A stretch of 64,000 nucleotides of DNA from the human T2T-CHM13v2.0 reference genome, Homo sapiens. The notes beneath the pieces are model-generated. The model worked only from the letters and a program-made list of their open reading frames with translations, made no database searches and had not been told where the DNA came from. The position numbers were made by a program, and so were the translations under genes. This document shows positions 41,923-59,015 of this stretch, one piece after another; within the stretch, counting starts at the first letter, position 1, and the number at the start of each line of letters is the position of its first letter. The stretch is from NCBI RefSeq assembly GCF_009914755.1, contig NC_060927.1, one strand, 5' to 3'.

Positions 41923-42102
41923 GGACAAGCAGATCTTTTGAAATATGCTAAGAATGAGACATTGGAGAACCTGAAACAAATCCATTTTGCTGCTGTTTCA
42001 TGTGGACTGAATAAACCAGGCACCGAAAATGCTGATGTCCAGAAGCCACGCCGGAGCTTGGAAGTCATACCCGAAAAAGCAAACGATGAAACTGGAGAAT
42101 GA
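41923..42102 (+). CDS. PLCL2: PLCL2 terminal coding exon: GQADLLKYAKNETLENLKQIHFAAVSCGLNKPGTENADVQKPRRSLEVIPEKANDETGE*
   Basis: Acceptor tgttttgttatag|GGA; 59 codons plus TGA (42100-42102), in frame with the exon ending at 20256; recognised PLCL2 C-terminus. Confidence 0.95.
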   Translation, partial: GQADLLKYAKNETLENLKQIHFAAVSCGLNKPGTENADVQKPRRSLEVIPEKANDETGE

Positions 42103-42790
42103 GGAAACTTACAATAAACCATTATGGAGTTTATAACTCTAGGACCAATTGTAGTCAGATGGGACATTTGCTTTGCACTCACTAATGAGAATAATATTCG
42201 GGATTTTAAAGCACAACTGGAATAGCTAATTACAGTCTATTAAAACTGTGAATGTATGTAGCAATCCTGCGTGTGAAGGCAAATAAACTCTTTAACAGGC
42301 AATTATATTGCTGGCCAAAATATGCTATATTTGTATACAAAGACATTCTAACTCAGTTCCAGTATGAAGAAAGATTATTCACTCTAGCTCCACTGAGAAA
42401 CATTTTCCTAAGTGAAAACAATTTCTTAAGATGGAAATGGATTGGATTGTCAAATTATTATTTATTGGAGAAAAAAACCTGATCTACACATTTTTACTTA
42501 TATGGGGTTGCCAGAGTCTCTGGGTTCTAGATGATTTTGGTGGCATGCTTGCTGAGCCATAATTACTAAAGAGAATGTAAGTGGACGGGTTCCCTGAATC
42601 CCCGGGGTCCTTGGAGAGCCATCGAGGAGAATGTGCAATTGGACTGAAGCTCCCTGGCTGAAGATACATGCCGAGTCAGCACATGGGTAGAGATGATGTA
42701 AAAGCAGCCAATCTGGAAACAATACATTGTAAATAGTTTTTCATTGTATGAAGTAGTGTTCACATTAAAAAGATGTTTTATGATATTTCT
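42103..42790 (+). other. PLCL2: PLCL2 3'UTR (end approximate)
   Basis: Repeat-free AT-rich sequence between the stop codon and the poly(A) signal; contains miRNA seed matches and a Pumilio element TGTAAATA (42728-42735). Confidence 0.8.
42764..42769 (+). terminator. Likely polyadenylation signal ATTAAA (proximal hexamers AATAAA at 42113 and 42282, ATTAAA at 42239)
   Basis: ATTAAA preceded by TGTA motifs (42728, 42746) and followed by GT-rich tgtgttt (~42806). Confidence 0.65.
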
Positions 42791-45557
42791 CCAATAGCAG
42801 TACATGTGTTTAATGAAGCCTTAACTTTTAAGATTTCTAGCTCAAAATATTCTACTCTTAAGTGTAGCCACTTACTTGAACAGCTTTGTCAAAAATAAGT
42901 TGCTTGTCAGGGCTGACCTTATTTTGCTTTTGGTAAGGTTTCAACAGCTTTAAGCAACAGCAGCTGACTGTAAAGTGAACCGAGATACCCACAGCTGCCC
43001 TCTTGATGCTTCTGAATTAGGTCTGTAGTAATGTGCACCTCAGAATCTGGCAAAGAGTAAGTCAAAAGTAGTTAGAGGGGCAGGAGAAGGTGTAGCTTTC
43101 CTCCAGTTCTACTGGCAACAAATTCCTTCAATTTATGTTTGTCTGAGAAAGTCTCTGTTTCTCCTTCACTTTTGAAAGATAATTTTCTGCCAGCTGAGTT
43201 TTTAATCCAAGCTTTTATTTTGCAAATCAGTGAGACTTCGTGCTTTCAAGATACTGAACACTGCAGCCTAATTACTGCTTCTCCCAAACCAAAACTGCTT
43301 TCAAATTTTGGAAGGGTAAATATTTACTCTAAATCTTCAACAATCCCTTCTTTTCTATTCATTGACTCAGGTATGTGAGCCAGATAAGTATATGTAATCT
43401 TCAGCTGAGTATCTTATTAGTGATTTCCTCACAGTTCAAGAGATGCTCAGGCGCTGTTGTTCATTTGTTTCTGTCCAGTCTCCTCAATATCCTCTTAAAA
43501 AAACAATTCTTTGCTCAGTTCTTGTCATTTGCATTCTAATAGTGTGCTTAAGTTAAGGTACGCCATCTCCACTGCCCTTCTCTGGATATAATTCGTTGGA
43601 AAATAAGCCTGTTCCTTGGATAATGTTGCTGTTCCCTGCACACCCAACTAACCACCAGCCAGTAGCTTAGGCCCTTAGCTCAGAAATGAACTCTACACGG
43701 GGTAAAAATGAATAGAAAATAGAGAACTAAAAGTAAACTTACAGAATGAGAAATGAAATAATGTATAACTTAGATTGTTAAAAATACTTAAACTTAGCTG
43801 GAAGTAAATAGCAATATTCAATTTAAAGTGAAAAATCCAGAAATCATGAAAAATTTCTATCTTTTAAAGTATAATGAAATTGAAAAAAATTCTACATTTC
43901 TAGTAATGACAGGCATTATCTAATATGTGATTTGAATAACTGATAGTAAGACACATGTAATTTATTGTAGTTTATACAGGCTTAGAGTCAACAATTTTAT
44001 AATTGAAGGAGTCTGAGAGATCATTCAGTCCTACACTTTCTTTTTCAGATGCCAAAGTTGCAGATGAAAATAAAAAATGCATTGCCTGGTGTCAAAAAGT
44101 CTGTTAGAGGTAGTGTTGGTGCTGAACCCAGCCCGGGGTTTGCTCCACCTTTCCATGATAAAATGTCAACCTTCTTTTGACCCATCTCATCAGAGGAATA
44201 AGCCAAGTGATGGGAATAGCAGGCATGCCTGTCGGGAGTTGTTCCCAAAGCCTCAGCGTTTCTCCTGTTTATCTAGATCTTCCCCCAGTAAATGCACCAT
44301 CCTCCCTCGAGGATGATGACTCGTATCAGCAGAGCACAAATTCACAGCCAATTGAGCTATTCTATTCTTTTTTTCCCATTCATATGGAAACAGAAAACAT
44401 TCATTAAACTGGTAAGGGCCAAGGTTATGATTTATGGACCTTTATAAACAGCTTTTTCTTATAAAGGACTGACTGATCCACTCTGGATTGAATCTGTGGA
44501 GGCCTTATTATAACCCCCGCAGATCAAATAAAAGTGAGATCCCTGCTCCTGGGTTGCATAAGTTGTAGTGACAGCAGGGGTAACATGCTTGCTTCCTCCC
44601 ATTATCTGCATTCCATAAATGGGTGGGGGGGCACCCATTTAAGTTACTCATTGTAAATACCAATAATTCCTTGTGAATTTGACTAATGCATACATAGGGC
44701 ACACTATAGACACACACACAAACTGCATTATTCCCAATTAGGAGGAATATATACAATCAGAGGTAGCATGAAAACAACTGGTAAGTCTCTGCTGAGGACA
44801 CAGGAAAATTCAGATTTGGACAAAAATGCACAGAAATCATGGAAAACACCTGGTCAATTCAGTAGGAAATGAAACGTCACACTGCAATCAAGCCCAGTGT
44901 CACATTTCCAGCAGTTATGTTGATGTCAGTCCCACAGAGTAAATCCTGAGGCCTCTAGGAACACACTAAGTACATTCTGCTTCCTCTTTCCACATACATA
45001 TTCAGTGTATCCTCTCAGCTACTTAAAATCTTGCAGGCATTGGTCTATTTTCTGTCTTTAGCAGGCATGGCTTCTAAACAATGGGAAAGAAGCCATCTAA
45101 ACACAAATGCTTACCATCTCCGGGCAGGTGTGACCCAGGGACCAGGGCATGGAGCAGAGTTCTTAGGGTGGTGGGCAGCCCCTAGGGAGGCTGCTCTTCC
45201 TCACCCACATGGAGTTGGGCTGTGAAGCACTGAATGGGGAAAGCCATCCAGCTTGCAAATGTTTCCACATGTGGTCTTTGCCATGCGGCCTCATTTAGTA
45301 TGTTGAGGTACTTTGAATGTGTTGAATCTTCAATCAAGCGTTTTAAAAAGTTATAAATGCAAATTTAGTGCAGTTACAGCATAGTTCTGATTTACCCATC
45401 CAATGAGGAAGAATGCTGAAGCTGGATATATCTGTCTTCAGGTTCAGTGGTTGCTCATGTCTCGGCCAATATTTGCTGTGAACAGACCTAACATTTGCTG
45501 TCAGTTGTAAGAATTTTCTATTTCTAATATTTGACAGTGGGACTCTTTGTTGGGGCT

Positions 45558-45750
45558 GTGAGCCAAGGACTGTGTCCAAGACACTTTGCACATATCATTT
45601 CATCTTCTCAACCGGCAAAGTACTTGTCTGATGTTACAGATGAAGAAATGAAGACTTTAGACAGGTTAGTTAACGTAACTAAGGCCATGGAGTGCTCAAG
45701 TCAGGATTTAAACTCAGCTTTGCCTGCTCCAAAGCCTATATTCCCAACCA
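45558..45750 (-). mobile_element. MIR SINE
   Basis: ttacagatgaagaaatgaagactttagacaggttagttaac...caggatttaaactcag. Confidence 0.65.
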
Positions 45751-45851
45751 TTCTTCTGAATTCCAGATATATATATATATATATAACCTCTAAACTACAA
45801 GATGGGTACTATCTTGTAAAGTATAATGAGGCAGTTGGCATTTTCCTCTTC

Positions 45852-46140
45852 TTTTTTTTTTTGAAACAGAATCTCGCTCAGTTGCATAGGCTAGAGTGCA
45901 GTGGTGCAATCTCGGCTCACTGCAACTCTTGCCTCAGGTTCAAGTGATTCTCCTGCCTCAGCCTCCCGAGTAGCCAGAACTACAGGTGTGCGCCACCACT
46001 CCCTGCTGATTTTTGTATTTTTAGTAGAGACGGGGTTTCACCATGTTGGCCAGGCTGGTCTCGAACTCCTGAACTCAAGTGATCCCAATCCTTGGCCTCC
46101 CAAAGTGCTGGGATTACAGGCGTGAGCCACCGCGCCCAGC
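45852..46140 (-). mobile_element. AluS
   Basis: Poly(T) followed by antisense Alu ending ccgcgcccagc. Confidence 0.93.
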
Positions 46141-46364
46141 TTTATTCTTCTTAAATGCGATACATGAACTCTCTAGAAGCCACTGAGACTCTGATTTTAT
46201 TTAGCACATTTGAGACACCAGGGATTCACTCTGGATGAAAACAGGCATGGTCCCAGCCCCCATGGAACTCACAGTGTAATTGGGAAGAGAGATACATTTA
46301 TTCAAATAATTCCAAAGGTATAGGTGCAATTAAAACTATGGGAAGTGCTATGAAGAGGCCCCAC

Positions 46365-46550
46365 TGAGAGGCTGCCTGGGTTCCATCCCATCACTTCCTA
46401 GCTGAGTGCTGAGGGAAGGTGTGCTTAACCTACCTTACCTCTGTAATTGTGGAAGTATTTTGTTTAGTGCTGTCTTATGAGTTGTTTGTAAAGCACTTAG
46501 ACCAGCACCCAGCTCGCAGTGGACTTGTTGTAATGTTGCCATTCGTTATT
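46365..46550 (+). mobile_element. MIR SINE
   Basis: ctgcctgggttccatccc...cacttcctagctg...gtaaagcacttagaccagcaccc. Confidence 0.55.
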
Positions 46551-46609
46551 GATAGGTGGGACCATGAGGGTGTTTAACGGGGCCTCACCACTCTTGAGAA
46601 GATGGAGAG

Positions 46610-47148
46610 AGTATTTACTGCTCTGTAACCCAACCCCTAAAACCTGAAACAGTCATTTGTTCTCATGTCTGGGGCTTTTGTGTGTTGACTGGGCTCACCT
46701 CAGTTTTCTTACTTAGGGTCTCTTGTGCAGGCGCTGGCAGATGTTAGCAGGGGCTTTAGTTATGTGACTGGGCTGAACTGCCGGCTGGCTCACTAGCTGG
46801 CACAGCCACTGCAGGGAGCTCAGCTGGGGCTGTGGACCAGAGCATCTGCATAGGTCTCTCCATGTGGCTTGGAGCCCTCACTGCAGGACACTGCATTCCG
46901 AGAGGGATTGTCCCAAGGGCAAGCATTCCAAAGACACACATGGAAGCAGCTTTTCTTCCTGAGGCTCCTGGAGGCCTATCCTCAGAAGCCTCGGCATGTC
47001 CCTGTTGCTACATCCTATTGTTTAGGCAAGTCGCTAGGTCCTGCCCAGGTCCAAGAGGGTGAACTCGACCAGAGGGTGGCAAGGTCACATTGTGGAAGAT
47101 GATATGGGATAGGAGATGTTAAGACTATTTTTGGAAAATACAGTCTAC
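46610..47148 (-). mobile_element. MLT1 (ERVL-MaLR) LTR, within L2 fragments
   Basis: gggagctcagctggggctgtggaccagagc...ctctccatgtggcttgg...gggtggcaaggtcacattg...tttttggaaaatacagtct. Confidence 0.65.
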
Positions 47149-48234
47149 TGTGGAAGCTTCCCTGAGAAAGCGGTATTTGAGTTGAGACCTGAAGGCAAAG
47201 ATGCTCTCCCTACTTGCCCCACCCCAAAGAAAAGGGTCAGCAGCAGGGGATAGAGGAGTGGAAAGCAATTCAGGCAATTTAGACCAAGAGCCCAGCATTC
47301 TGCAAAGGCTGGTGGCAGGAGGGAGTGCAGCCTTGCTTGAGGACCTGAAAGGACAGTGAGACTGGGGTGCAGAGAAGGAAAAGGAGAGGGTGTCGAGGGA
47401 GTTGCAAGGGCACGGGGACCTCTCAGGGAGGGCTTGGCAGTCCTTGTTAGGGAGTTTGTTCTTGTTTTCCTAAAAGATTAGTGCCAACCATTTAGTTGTA
47501 TTATATTTAACCCACTTTGCATTCGTTTTACTTAATTACAAAAGAAGTACATGCTCATTGTTACCAAAAAAAGTCAAATGCTGACAAATGTAAATTTAAA
47601 AAGTGCATGTGCCCCCTCACACTGCCCTTCTCCCACTCCCCATGGGAAACAGCATGGCCAATGCCTCCTTACATGGCAATGTTCAGATGCCACCAACAAA
47701 TGCCCTCCTCCTCTCCCTGAGAAGTTCTGACTTTTACTGTCAAGGAAACGCTTAGCTCTTTTTAAGGATCAGAGAAATCAAAGCATTGAGTACATAAGTG
47801 AAGGCAATGAGCAATTCAGTTTTATCAACTAGAATATTTATGTATTTATTCAAAGCCACAGATGTTAGATGTTAGGTAGAAAGTAGGGATCAACAGTTTA
47901 ACAACTTATGTTTAGATGTAACTATTCAAATGTATAAGAACAAGTGTCTCCCCTCTAAAAATATTTTTAAAATCTCACACAAGACTCTAAACCAAAAACC
48001 ATTGTAAAAAATCCTTTGGAAATGGATCATTGTAGCCATTGAGATGACAGGTCAAGGTGAGCATTCTGAACATATAACAAAATATAAGATAGGTGATAAA
48101 TATTCAAAGCATGAAGGAGGTATAATATGAAGAGTAAAGTCCTCCCCTCATCTCCCCAAGCCTCAGTGCTAAGAACTTATCATGTGTAATTTCTGGTTTT
48201 GATTCTTCTGACAATTATCTCACAAACTCTGGAC

Positions 48235-48446
48235 CAGTGCTGTAAAATAGAACTTTCTATGATGATAGAAACATCTAAATCTGTGCTGTCTAATATGATA
48301 GGCATGAGCTACATGTTGCTATAAATTTAAATTTTAATTAATAAAAATGTAATACAATAAAATATGTAGTTTCACAGCTGCACTTGCCGTATTTCAGTAA
48401 GTCAGTAGCCCCATGTGGCTAGTGGCTACCATAATGGACAGTGCAG
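48235..48446. mobile_element. MER3/MER33 hAT-Charlie element
   Basis: cagtgctgtaaaatagaactttctatgatgatag...catgtggctagtggctaccataatggacagtgcag. Confidence 0.75.
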
Positions 48447-48756
48447 TGATTGACAATATGTTTATACCTCTGCTTTCTGCTTTATCAACTTTAAAAAGAC
48501 ATGCTGACATCACACGAAGGGAGATGAAAAATGTGGCTCATTTCACTACCTCTTCTCTTTGCTCTCCTTCCATTCCCAATCCCTATTAAGAACATTTTCA
48601 TTTTAGTTCTACTGGATTACCTTAATAACTTTTAATAATATAATTAAAATTGCTTATTGATGCATCAATTGTTGACTTTCATACTTTGATCCACCACATG
48701 TTAAATCAGAAAATTCATGTTCTCTATTGTTTCCCTCCAAAACTTCTGCACTTTTA

Positions 48757-52352
<3,596 letters not shown>

Positions 52353-52589
52353 CTACTTGCCACATCAGCAGTCTCTAGATAGCATTAATATTCTCTTCTG
52401 TGACTATAAACTCTCCGTGCTTCTGTAAGATTGGTTCTAAAATTGGAAAGTAATAACCAGCCTTTATAATATTATAATTGCATAAGAATTAATTTATTAC
52501 ACAAATAGTGTGGCCAAACCTGCAAAAAAGGAGACATTTGTGATCCTATGCCACCAAACTTGTGCCATTCAAAAGTGAATATGTTAACT

Positions 52590-53860
52590 TCCACCTTCAG
52601 CCAAGGTAGAGAACAGATTTTCCACATAAAACAACCCAAAGCAGAAAATATATATATGAAACAATAGTTGTCATAACCCCGGACCCTTAGCATAGAAAGA
52701 CAGTGATGACTTAGAAAAGGGAAACAAATGGGATGAGCTCTATGATTGCTCCAGCTTGTAACTTTGAGTTTCCAGGCCATGATGCAAGAAGGAGAAAGCC
52801 AGGCAGAGCCTAGAAGACCCCCTGAATTGAAGCAATGGAGGTGAGATACCTGGGAGACCAAGGTGGCTAGAGTTTTCAGGACAGAGCAACCAAGAGGAGA
52901 GAGCCACACAAAGAGCAGGCATCTGTAGAGTGCCCCTCTGGCATCCAGCAGAGTACTGGTCACCACACCTGTGAGAACACTACCTGAGGCAAAGCACAGA
53001 ACCACTCAAAATAACTGGAGCAACAACCAACCTTTTAACAATTATCAACCCTCATGGAAGTCATTTTATACATTTTCATAATCATTCTCCCCCATGAAAT
53101 TTTTATGCCACAGATATTAATGTATATGTGATACATTATGTATATGATATATATATGATACAAATATTATGTATAACTTTGCTTTATGCATACACAGTTA
53201 AATTTTTTCCCTAAAAACTAAATTTTGTCCCTTTGGGAGCAATATTGCCATCTTTGAAAATGTATGGATTAGAGAGAACAGTACACAGTACATAGGGCTA
53301 GGATAGTGTCAATCAGAGATCCTCATACTTCAGAAGGGTCTTGTCTCAAGTAGGTAATAATTGGCCCCAAAATATACACTGCTCTGGTCCCACCTAAAAC
53401 ATTTTAAAGCAAGACCTGAAAAGATCAAACTGTTTTCAAGTAACTGAACTGCTTGCCTGATCAGGACCCAAAATGGTAAAATTCACAAATGTTTCCAAAA
53501 GAGAATTACTAAGCATGCAAAGAAGCAGAAAAATATCACCTATAATGAGGAGAAAATTAAAACCAAGCCAAAACTGGCATAGATGTCAGAATTAGTAGAC
53601 AGGAGTATTAAACCCTTACTATAGCTGTATTTCTTATGTTCAAAAAGTTAAGTAGTGACATGGATAATATTTCTTAAAAGGCCCAAATCAAACCTCTAGG
53701 GATAAAAATTTCAATATGTGAGATAAAAAATACAATGGATGGGATTAATGGTGGAGTAGATTTTGCAAAAGAAAAGATTAAACCTGAAGACATAGCAGTA
53801 ATACAAAGTATCCAAAATAAAGCACAGACATAAAAGAAAACATAAAACAAAAAATGAACA
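52590..53860 (+). mobile_element. Ancient L1M 5'/ORF1 region; continues ~57677-60090 beyond the L1MA insertion
   Basis: ORF1-like motifs (aaaaaatacaatggatgggattaatgg, gaagacatagcagtaata, cagtgagctgtgggacaacttcaag). Confidence 0.6.
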
Positions 53861-56800
53861 ACCATCACCAAAAGGAAGACAAGAAGGAAGGAAAGAAGGA
53901 AGAGAAGACCAGAAAACAAATAACACAATGGCAGGCATAAATTGCTACTTATCAATAATTACATTTAATGCAAAATGTACTAAACTTTCCAATCAAAAGA
54001 CATAGAGTGGCTGAATGGATGAAAAAATAAGACACAATGATCTGTTGCCTACCAGAAACATGCTTCACCTATAAAAATACATACAGACTGAAAATAAAGA
54101 GATGGAAAATGATATTTCATGCCAATGAAAACCAAAAAAAAAGAGCAGGAGAAGCTATACTTACATCAAAAAAGTAGATTTCACGACAAAAACTGTAAGA
54201 CGAGGAAAAGAAGGTCATTATACAATGACAAAAGGGTCACTTCAACAAAAGGATATAGATAGTGTAAATATATACACACCCAACACTGGAGCAGCAAGCT
54301 GTATAAAGCAAATATTATTAGAGCTAAAGACAGAGATAGACCCCAATATGATAGCTGGAGACTTTAACACCCCATTGTCAGCATTGGCCAGATCTCCCAG
54401 ACAAAAAATCAACAAAGAAACATCAGACTTACTCTATACGATAGAACAAATGGACCTAATAGATATTTACAGAACATTTCATCAAATAGCTGCAAAATTT
54501 TTCTCCCCAGACCATGGATCATTCTCAAGGATAGACCATATGTTGGGTCACAAAACAAATTTAAAATATTCAAAAACATTTAAAGAATATCAAGCATTCT
54601 TCTCTGACTACAAGGGACTAAAACTACAAATCAATAGCAAGAGGAATTTTGGAAACTACACAAACATATGGAAATTAAATAATAGGCTCCTGAATGACCA
54701 GTGGGTCAATTAAGAAATTAAGAAGGAAATTGAAAAATTTCTTAAAACAAATGATAATGGAAACACAACATACCAAAACCTATGGGATACAGTAAAAGTA
54801 ATACTAAAAGGGAAAGTTATAGCTGTAAATGCCTACATCAAAAAGGAAGAAAAACTTCAAATAAATGACCTAATGATTCATCTTAAAGAACTAGAAAAGC
54901 AAGGGCAAACCAAATCCAGAATTAGAAGAAAAAAAGAGGTTTTAGTAAGAGCAGAAATAAATGAAATTGAAATAAAGAAAAAAACACAAAAGATCAATGA
55001 AACAAAAAGCTGGCTTTTGAAAAGATAACAAAATTGCCAACCTTTAGCCAGACTAAGAAAAAAGAAAGCAGGCCAAAATAAATAAAATCAAAGATGAAAA
55101 AGGAGACATTGCAACTGCTACTACAGAACCTCAAAGGGTCATTAGTGGCTACAATGAACAACTATATGCCCATAAATTGGAAAATCTAGAAGAAATGGAT
55201 ACATTCCTAGACACGTACAACCTACCAAGATTTAACCAAGAAGAAATCCAAAACCTGAACAGAACAATAACAAGTAACAAGGTTGAAGCTATAATAAAAA
55301 GTGTCCTACTAAAAAAAGTCTGGGACACGGTGACTTCACTTTTGAATTCTACCAAACATTTAAAGAAGAATTAATACCAACCCTACTCAAACTATTCCGA
55401 AAAATAGAAGAGGAGGGAATACTTCAAAACACATTCTATAAGGCCAGTATTAACCTGATACTAAAACCAGACAAAGAGAGTTCAAAAAAAGAAAACTACA
55501 GGCCAATATCTGTGATAAATATTGATGCAATAATTCTCAACAAAATACTAGCAAACCAAATTCAGCAACACATTAGAAAGATCATTCATCATAACCAAGT
55601 GGAATTTATCCATGTGTACAGGAATGGCTCAACATATGCAAATTAATCAATGTGATACAGCCTATCAACCGAATGAAGGACAAAAACCAAATGATCATTT
55701 CAGCTGATGCTGAAAAAGCATTTGATAAAGCTTAATATTCCATCATGATAAAAAAAAATCCCTCAAAAAACTGGGTATAGAAGGAATATCCCTGAACATA
55801 ATAAAAGCCATATATTACAGAGCCATGTATTACAGTATGGCACTATCTGTTAGTGCCAAAAAATGGAAAAGTATTCCTTATTCATGGATTGGAAGAATCA
55901 ATATTGTTAAAATTTCCATATGGCCCAGAGCAATCTATAGATATGATGCAATCCCTATCAAAATACTACTGACATTCTTCACAGAAATTGAAAAAGAAAA
56001 TTGTAACACTTATATGAAACCACAAAAGACCACCCAGAATAGCTAAAGCTATTCTGAGCAAAAAGAACAAAACTGGAGGAATCACATTACCTGACTTCAA
56101 ATTATACTATGGAGTTATAGTAACCAAAGCAGCATGGTACTGGCATAAAAGCAGACACATAGACGAACAGAACAGAATACAGAACACAGAAACAAATCCA
56201 CACACCTACAGTGAACTCATTTTCGACAAAGGTGGTAAAAAAAACATACACTGGGGAAAACACTGTCTCTTTAATAAATGGTGCTGGAAAAACTGGATAT
56301 CCACATGCAGAAGAATAAAACTAGATCCTTATCTCTTGCCATATACAAAAATAAAATCAAAATGGATTAAAGACTTAAATCTAAGGCCTCAAACTATGAA
56401 ACTACTACAAGAAAACATTAGGGAAACTCTTCAGGATATTGGTCTGGGCAAAAATTTCTTGAGTAATACCCACTAGCACAGGCAACCAAAGCAAAAATAG
56501 ACAAATGGGATCACATCAAGTTAAAAAGCTTCTGCACAGCAAACAATCAACAAAATAAAGAGAAAACCCACAGAATGGGAGAAAATGTTTGCAAACTATC
56601 CACCTGACAAGGGACTAATAACCAGAATATATAAGCAGCTTAAACAGGTCTGTAGAAAAAAATCTAATAATCTAATTTTAAAATGGGCAAAAGATTTGAA
56701 TAGACATTTCTCAAAAGAAGACATACAAATGGCAAACAGGTATATGATAAATTTCTCAGCATCATTGATCATCAGAGAAATGCAAATCAAAACTACAATT

Positions 56801-57676
56801 AGATACCATCTCACCCCAGTTAAAGGTGTGAGGATAAAGGACTTCATCCAATATCAGGCAATAACAAATGTTGACAAGGATGTGGAGAAAAAGGAACCCT
56901 CATACACTGTTGGTGGGAATGTAAATTAGTACAACCACTCTGGAGAACAGTTTGGAGGTCCCTCAAAGAACTAAAAGCTGAGCTACCATATGATCCAGCA
57001 ATTCTACTGCTAAGTATATACCCAAAAGAAAGGAAATCAGTATAACAAAGAGATTTCTGCACTCCCATGTTTATTGCAGCACTGTTCACAAAAGCCAAGA
57101 TTTGGAAGCAACCTAACTGTCCATCAACAGATGTATGGATAAAGAAAATGTGGTACTTATACACAACGGTATACTATTCAGCCACAAAAAAAATGAAACT
57201 CTGTCATCTGCAATAACATGGGTGGAACTGGAGGTCATTATGTTAAGTGAAACAAGCAAGGCACAGAAAGACAAACATCACATGTTCTCACTTATTTGTG
57301 GGATATAAAAAAATCAAAATAATTGAACTCTTGGACATAGAGTGTAGAAAGATGGTTACCAGAGGCTGGGAAGGGTAGTGAGTGGGTGTTGGGGAAGGTG
57401 GGGATGGTTAATAGTACCAAAACTAGACAAAAGGAATAACATCTAGTATTTGATAGCACAGCAGGGGACAATAATAATAATTTAAATGTACATTTCAAAG
57501 TAACTAAAAGAGTATAATTAGATTGTTTGTAACACAAAGGATAAATGCTTGAGGGGATGGATACCCTATTTTTCATGATATGATTATTATGCATTGCATA
57601 CCTGTACTAAAATATCTCATGTACTCCATAAATTTCACCTACTAGGTGCCCACAAAAATTTAAAATAATTTTTTTT
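53861..57676 (+). mobile_element. 5'-truncated L1MA1/L1MA2-like LINE-1 with an internal ORF2 deletion at ~55820-55855
   Basis: EN-domain remnant 54225-54713 (NIYTPNTG...GDFNTPLS...SRIDHMLG); L1MA 3'UTR; TSD aatgaaca (53853-53860 / 57677-57684). Confidence 0.9.
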
Positions 57677-59015
57677 AATGAACAGAGTATCAGTGAGCTG
57701 TGGGACAACTTCAAGTGGCCTCATGTAAATATAATTGGAGTATCTGAAGGACAGGAGTGAGCAGGACAGAAAAAAAAAGTTGAAAAAATAATATCCAAAC
57801 ATTTTTCACATTTGGTGTGCATTGTAAACCCACAGATTCAGGAAGCTCAACAAACCCCAGGAATAAGATGCATGAAGAAAACTACACCATGGCACATACC
57901 ATAGTTAAATTGTTTAAAACCCACAGTGATAAAGAAAAAAATTGTACAGAAAGCTAGAGAAAAAAAGACATTTTATATAGAAGAGCAAAAATAAGGATGG
58001 TAGCAGTTTGTCTTCAGAAACAATGTAAGTGAGAAGGTAGTGAAGCAATATCTTCAATGTACTGACTCTAAGAAAAAAATTCTTCCTAGATTTCTATACC
58101 AGCAAAAAATGTCTTTTAAGAGTAGAAAAAAATTATTTTGTATGTACAGAAGCTGAAGCAATTCATTACCAACAGACTCACATTAAAAGAACAGTTTTTT
58201 AAAGTTCTTAGGAAGTAGAAAATGAAACCAGATAGAAATATTGATCTGCTCACACAAAAAAGAAGAGTACTTGAAATGGTAACTACATATATATTAAATA
58301 AATGCATTTTAATTTTTTTCTTATTGTTTAAATCTCTTTAAAAGATAAGTGACAATGTGGGCTTTATATGCATACATAGTATGACAACAATTGTACGAAG
58401 TCCTAGAGGGGAGAAATGAAAGTATATTATTGCAGGGTTTTTATGCTATGTATGAAATGGTATAATTGCACTTAATGTAGGCTACTATATGTTAATGATG
58501 TAGACTATAAGCCCTGGGAAACTACTAAAATAACAAAATAAAGAGTTATAGCTAATAAGCCAACAAAGAAGTAAAATAGAATAAAAAAGTACTTAAAGCA
58601 GAAAAAGAGGGCAAAAAAGGAGCAAAGAGTACATGGGACAAATAGAAAAATAGAAAACAACTGGCATTATTAAATACAAAAACTTCATAAATTTGATTTT
58701 AAAATAAACTTCTGCCCTTCAAATGACACTATTAAGACAAAACTCAAGCCACAGACTGGGAGAAAGTATTTGCAACACTATATTTGATAAAGGACTTGTT
58801 TCCAGAATATTTAAAGAACTCCTACAACTCAACAGTCAGAAAGCAAACCGATATGATAAAAATCATAGATAAACAACAATTGACATAAAATATAACAATA
58901 GCCAAAAAGCACTTGAAAAGATACTCAACTGTGTAAGTCATTAGGGAAATGGAAATTAAAACCACAACATATGTCACTCCACACTCACTAATATGGATAA
59001 AATTTTAAAGACTGA

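Noticed and set aside
52472-53005. 177-aa minus-strand ORF
   Set aside because: Antisense to an ancient L1M 5' region; no recognisable domain.
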